DNA of 64,000 nt. Source: the human T2T-CHM13v2.0 reference genome, Homo sapiens. Both the position numbers and the translations under genes were made by a program. The DNA is taken from the NCBI RefSeq assembly GCF_009914755.1, contig NC_060928.1, one strand, 5' to 3'. Shown piece after piece: positions 57,451 to 64,000 of the stretch (the stretch's first letter is position 1; the number at the start of each line of letters is the position of its first letter). The notes below the pieces were generated by a model. It was not told where the DNA came from and ran no database searches. It was given only the letters and a program-made list of their open reading frames with translations.

Positions 57451-58409
57451 CTAAAAAGGAAATATAATCTAACAAGTTTGAATTAAAATGGAGCTTAGAA
57501 TTTCTGCAACGTGTAACAATGTTCCTACATCTGTGATCCATTCTAATTTTAATACAACATAAAAGTATTGATACGATATAAAAGTATTGATTGATATGCA
57601 TGGTATGTGGTGTTGAGCATTTCTTAATTACATAATTGAATAAACTTCTGAGCATTTATTTACTTAATCAAATGTTTAAAAGTTTTAAAATGACTGAACA
57701 TTGGTAAAAACTCTGAGAAGCTCTAGAAGAAATGAAAGAGTGAAATCAGAGGGACTTTAAGACTAAAATGAAACTACCAAGACGAAGGGTGGAGCACAAG
57801 GAAGAGAAAATGATCATAGACAGAAGCAGCGATGTGATAACAAACATCAGTATCAACAGGGAAGAGGACTGTGGGTTTCAGCTGAGTAAGGTGGGTCTTG
57901 GCTACTGTTGCCACACCCTATAGCTCTAATTCTCCTGATATAAATTTGCTTTTCACATTCAAAATAAGTTTCCATTTCCTTTAGCCTTTTTGATGACCAT
58001 AGACAAATTCCAGGGACAGAATTTTGACCAAATCTACTTTATGATTTCTGAAGCCTGCATTTAGTCACAGACAACTATGTTTATTCTCCTAAGAATTCAC
58101 TGGCCTCAGTAAGCATTGTATCTGCAAAGGAGACCATTACTTGTGCTCACAATGAAATACATGAATGTAATAAAGCAAGCCTTGCTTTTTAAAAAAATAG
58201 CTCTTCAGATCTGTTCAGCCAGGATAAGGTATGTGTTAGTTCTTGATGCGCAAATGTATAGATGTGTGAATAAATCAAGCCTTGATTTTGAAAAAAACAA
58301 CTATTCAGATCTGTTTAGCCAGGATGAGGTATGTTGGTTTCTAATAGGTTCCTTTGATTCTAGTCTCCTCCTACACTAATCCAACCTGCTGGGAGACAGA
58401 AACCGTCCC

Positions 58410-58578
58410 TAAAGCTTCGCTACCCAAAGTGTGGTTCATGGACCAGCAGTGGCAGCATCACCTGGGGACTTATTAAACATGCAGGGTCTCAGGCCCTACT
58501 CCAGAATTACTGGTTCTGAATCTTTACTTCAATAAGATCCTGGGTGATGTGGGTGCACACTTCAGTTTGAGCAGCACT
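58410..58578. mobile_element. MER5A-like
   Basis: caaagtgtggttcatggaccagcagtggcagcatcacctgggg ... cagtttgagcagcactg. Confidence 0.8.
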
Positions 58579-59999
58579 GCAGGCTTGAAGCACAAATCTC
58601 ACCATGTCTTTCCCCAGCTATACATCATTGAAAGGCTGCCAGTGTCTCGGCAGCAAAGCCTAAGCTCATAACCTGGCATTCAAGGCCTTCCACGACTCAA
58701 CATCCATCTACATTTCTACCTGGCAAACCAACTCCTCTCCTTATTCCCTCTACTCCAGCCACACTGAGCCCCTTCATGTCATCCACCCCTGTCCCCAGCA
58801 CCTATACTTAGAAAGTTGATTCCTCCATGACTATCATTCTCTCTTGTATGTCCCAGGGATGAACTTCAAGAGTCAGCTCCACCTCCACAACTTTCATGAT
58901 GCCTATGTGATTAAATCTGGCCAGAAGTAATATTCCTACCTTAAATGTAGAAACTTGCCTGATTAATTTTTTAACCTTGTTCCATAGTGGGGACTTAATA
59001 ATAAATAGCTTATTAAATGTTTGAATATATGAACGATATACATGAATGCATGAATCCATGAATATATTAGTACATCTCTTTAAATACCATTCGTTAATAT
59101 ATGAAAGCAATCCTTGAATTTATGGTATTCATTTAAGGTTGTATTCAGGTTGCTACTCTAAAAGTTCTTAAAATGGTACTTTTGAAAAGGAAAGATAAAG
59201 ATTTCTGACTTGCACAAACATTTATCTGCATCTAAGGTAGCTCAGGGAAGCAATCACATAATTTTCATACTCACAGATGAAAATTTTTATAGTGGTTGTA
59301 CAGGGGACATGAGAAACAGCGGGTCAAAATGAGCAGGTTTCCAGCATGGTGGGGAGGCTTTATTTAAAAGGAGTAAATTACGGTACTTTCAGCAGCTAAA
59401 TTTTTCACCAACGTGAGACGAGTACACTCCTTCTGGAAATTACTCTTATGAAATTACTTCTTCCAGGACACTTAATAGTATATTCTAGTCCCCCTGAAAA
59501 ATTAATTAACCTTACTCGTAACAACCTAACCCCTAAACCATCTGTGGTGTGTTTTTACTGTAGGTCAGGTTAATCTTCTCTACCTTAATTTACACCTCAG
59601 TGAGGGTGGTCTAAATTACACAGGGGACTTTCAGTTGCTGGTATTTTGCCTTGTGCCATTTCGTTAGATGACATTCTGCTCATGTCCAAAGGTATGAGTC
59701 TCTTTTAATATGGGAAACCTCTGAGATTAGCAGGGAGAACTTTTTAACTTTTTAAGCAGTGGGTGCAGGGGGGTGCGTGTGGGGCCAACACTGCTGTCCT
59801 CATTAGAGATTAAAACACAGCCACGATAAGAGGAATGAACTCAGGCTGTAATCCTACTCTGTTTACTTTTTCTGAGAAAGGCTAGATTTTCAGAGCCTCA
59901 GGACCACAGAGCTACAGGAGCCAGGGTCTAGGACAGGACTGTAAGTCAACAGCAGGATTTACCAACCCACTCTCCCATTTTTTTCAAATTTAAATTTAA

Positions 60000-60300
<301 letters not shown>

Positions 60301-62379
60301 TTAGACTTTTTTTTTAAATCCAAAAGATACCCCAAAATTATACTCAAGTCATTATCAGGAGACAAAAAAAGGTTACTAAAAATGTCACAAGCGTTGAGCT
60401 ATCACTGGGACCTCTGGTTACTTGCTGTGGGAGCAAAATCCTCCTTTAAAGATTCTAGAATCTTAACTCCTAAGCTGTGGGTGTTTTATTTTTAAGGATA
60501 GACACATAGCATTGCTATTTCTATAAAAGATTTCTGAACCAGCCAAGAGTGGGAAAATATTAAAAATAATAGTAATTATTCAGTGTTTTAGCAAACAATT
60601 ATCATTAACACTTATTATTAATAATGATACACATATCAATGATGAGGATGCAATCAACGGCTACAAACGCATTATGACACAAATAGTGTGGAAAGAAAAA
60701 AATATTTCCTCTAAAAGATAAAGAAACAGTATCTCTTTGTTAAAAAAATTGCTAATCACCCAAAAACGTGTCCCCCGCTCCCCACTGCCACTGGCCCGAA
60801 AAGGCGATTCATCTTCCTTTGTTAGTTGCTCTCTGATAGGCTTTGTCCTCCCAAGCGCGCGCTGCTTTCAGTTGGAATTGATCACAGATGCGACAGTGAT
60901 GAGGCCATCCCGGACGCTGACAGCCACGGCGTAAACACTTCCTTATTCCCACCCAGCGCTGTCAGAGGACGGGGTAGGAACAATGAGAGCTAATGATGCA
61001 ACTCTGGAAGCTATCATTTTGAATCAGTCCACGACTTACAACGCCCTTGTGAAAATCAAGCCAGGCTCATGCTCCGTTTCAGGTTAGCAGGCCCAGGTCC
61101 ACCCCGAGGCTCAGCAAGCCTAGAACAGACAGAAGGCTTTGGATCTCCATGTGGACATTGGATCCTGGCATGGCAAAACCACCAGCCAAGACATGCTCCA
61201 AACCACACAGGGGGCCATGGTGTTCCAGGCCAGCCTTACAAGCAGCCACATGAGGCTGGCTGCAAAGACCCAGCCTTGCTTTCTGGCTGGTGTGGAACCA
61301 ATTAAAGTCAGGGTCTCTCTCTTGAAATTCTCCCCACAGGTACCTGGGGGGTAACCTTTCTGTTCAAATCCCAGATATGTCCTGGCTTCTACCACTCCAT
61401 GCAGTATTATGGTCCTATGATCAGGCTCTCAAACCTGTTGGCTCATCTGGGTCTTCTTACCCAGTGATAAGAAGTGGTCTTCTTACCACTCCATGCACTA
61501 TTATGAGTGATTTAAAGCAACAACTATGCATTATTTTTCACGAGTCTTTGGGTCAGATGGGCGGTTCCGGTTCTGCTAATCTAAGCTCAGCTCAGCAAGG
61601 CTCCCTCATCCGTATGCAAGAGAGAGCTTGCAGAGCCTAGCTTAGATTAGCAGAACCACCCATCTGACCCAAAGACTCATGAAAAACAATACATAGTTGT
61701 TGCTTTAAGTTCTAAATTTTGAGTTGGTTTGTTACCCAATAATAGCTAACTGATACAGCTGGTTAGTCCATTTAGCTGAGGGCACAGTTTTTAGGGCAGA
61801 CAATCATGAGGTTGGAAAGGTAGGCTAGGCCAGGCTGCAGAGTTGAGATGTTAAGTGCAAGACAGTGGAGAGCCACTTTGGATTTTTGAGCATGGCACAA
61901 ATGTGATGAAACGGTACTCCAAAAACTTTATTCTATGGTAGCAGGATGAAGATGGGAATAAAGCAAGGAGAGTCAAGGAGGATGGAAAACCAGGAGAAGC
62001 CCTCCTGACAAAAAAATGAGGGCCTGAACCATGCCAGAAGTGATAGGTCCCAAGGTGTAAAAACTCTGCAGAAAGAGTTGAGTGAAAGGCCACATGTAGA
62101 TGGAGATGGAAGGTTGACAGTGGTTGATGGCTCCAAGGTTTTGAGCCTGAGAAGCTGAGAGGGTGACAAAAAAAGAAGGAAGAAAGCAGGAAGAGTTGGT
62201 GATGTCATGCTTGAGAAGTCCACAGAGTATTCAGGGCAAGGGAAGTTGGGGCTCTGGGAAATGTGGGTGTAACTCTGCAGATGGAACCTTGTGGGGGAAA
62301 AACACTTTGAGTGTATTTTTATGGAGGTAATGATTAAAGGCATGAGTCTGAGCAAGAGAAGATGGAAATATGGATGTAT

Positions 62380-62862
62380 ATTGTTTATCTATTGCTGTGT
62401 AACGAATTACATCAAACCTAGCAGCTTAACTCAGAAGTCTGAAAACAGTTGAGCTGGGTGGTTCTGGCTAACGGTCTCTCATGAGGCGCCCATGAAAAGC
62501 TGACCAGGGCTGTTGGCATCTGAAGGCTTGACTAGGGCTGGAGAATCACCTTCCAGGATGGCTCACTCCAGTGGCTGATGGCTGGAGGCCTCAGCTCCAC
62601 ACCACATGAACAGCGTGGATAGCTGCTTGAGCGTCCTCATGATATGGTTGTCAGCTTCCTCCAGAGTAAACAACCCGAGAGAGAGCACAAGGGACAAGTC
62701 TCATGTCTTTTATGACCTTGCTGTAGAAGTCACATACCCTCACTTCTGTATTCTACTAATCAAACAGACTGATCCTGATACAACATGGAAGACGGTTACA
62801 CGGGGGCATGAATACCAAGGGGTAGGGAACATTTGGTGCATTCTCAGAAGCTGGCTGCTACA
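62380..62862 (-). mobile_element. MLT1F-like LTR
   Basis: ttatctattgctgtgtaacgaattac ... gaagctggctgctaca. Confidence 0.75.
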
Positions 62863-63244
62863 CTAGGGGTGGCAGAACAAGATAAGCAAAACTTCAAAAG
62901 ACATGAAGTTTGTTGGGAAGACAAGACTCCCACATGGGAAGAGATCAGGTTCTCAAACCTGTTGGCTTATCTGGGTCTCTATATGGGTCTTTGATCCCTT
63001 CCAGAACACCCTGCCTCCAGAACTGTCTATCTGGTAAAGCAGGAGCTTTTCTCTCTATTCTACTGCTTCGCAGACTTCCCATATACCAGGCAATGTGCCA
63101 AGATTTCCCTGAGGTAGACATGATCATGTCACTGTTTTAAAGGAAAGGAAACTGAGGCTGAAGTCTCCAGCCCAAGTTCTCATAGCCAATGTGATGTGGA
63201 CCTGGCCACGAACCCAGGTTGTCCAACTCCAGGGTCCTCACTCT

Positions 63245-63537
63245 TTATTTATTTTTTGAGACGGAGTCTTGCTGTATTCCCCAGGCTGGAGTGTGGTGGC
63301 ACAATCTTGGCTCACTGCAACCTCTGCCTCCCAGTTCAAGTGATTCTCCTGCCTCAGCCTCCTGAGTAGCTGGGACTACAGGCACGCCCCACCACACCCG
63401 GCTAATTTTTGTATTTTTAGTAGAGACGGGTTTTCACCATGTTGGCCAGGCTGGTCTTGAACTCCTGAGCTCAGGTGAAACACCCACATCCACCTCCCAA
63501 AGTGCTAGGATTACAGGTGTGAGCCACTGCACCTGGC
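63245..63537 (-). mobile_element. AluSx-like
   Basis: Antisense dimer; TSD cagggtcctcactctt on both sides. Confidence 0.92.
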
Positions 63538-63576
63538 ACAGGGTCCTCACTCTTAACCTCTCTGCCACCATGCCTA

Positions 63577-63927
<351 letters not shown>

Positions 63928-64000
63928 TCATCAGTGGAGTTGGGTTGCATTTAGTCCCACACACTTAATCGGCACAGGGCTGGCTACCCACAGACACTAC

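Overview
Human (primate) genomic DNA that I recognise as the SOD3-CCDC149 locus (chr4p15.2). The window holds the complete SOD3 gene on + (non-coding exon ending at 39580, 3857-bp intron, single coding exon with CDS 43454-44176 in a CpG island, ATTAAA at 44755; Thr58 allele, wild-type Arg231). It also holds the last two coding exons and 3'UTR of the convergent CCDC149 gene on -, and a disabled processed HNRNPA1 pseudogene (15141-16780). The rest is repeat-rich: L1, about 14 Alu/FAM copies, MaLR/ERVL LTRs, DNA transposons, MIR/L2/CR1 and simple repeats. Almost all other ORFs in the supplied track are artefacts. I see no new protein-coding system. The most notable structures are a four-layer nested insertion with intact TSDs, a probable LTR-int-LTR MLT1 provirus, two complex templated or inverted insertions (one forming a ~70-bp hairpin in the CCDC149 intron), several local dispersed duplications, a conditional overlapping uORF in SOD3 and a hairpin over the SOD3 3' splice site. 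Repeat subfamily names come from recalled consensus motifs, not from a RepeatMasker run.
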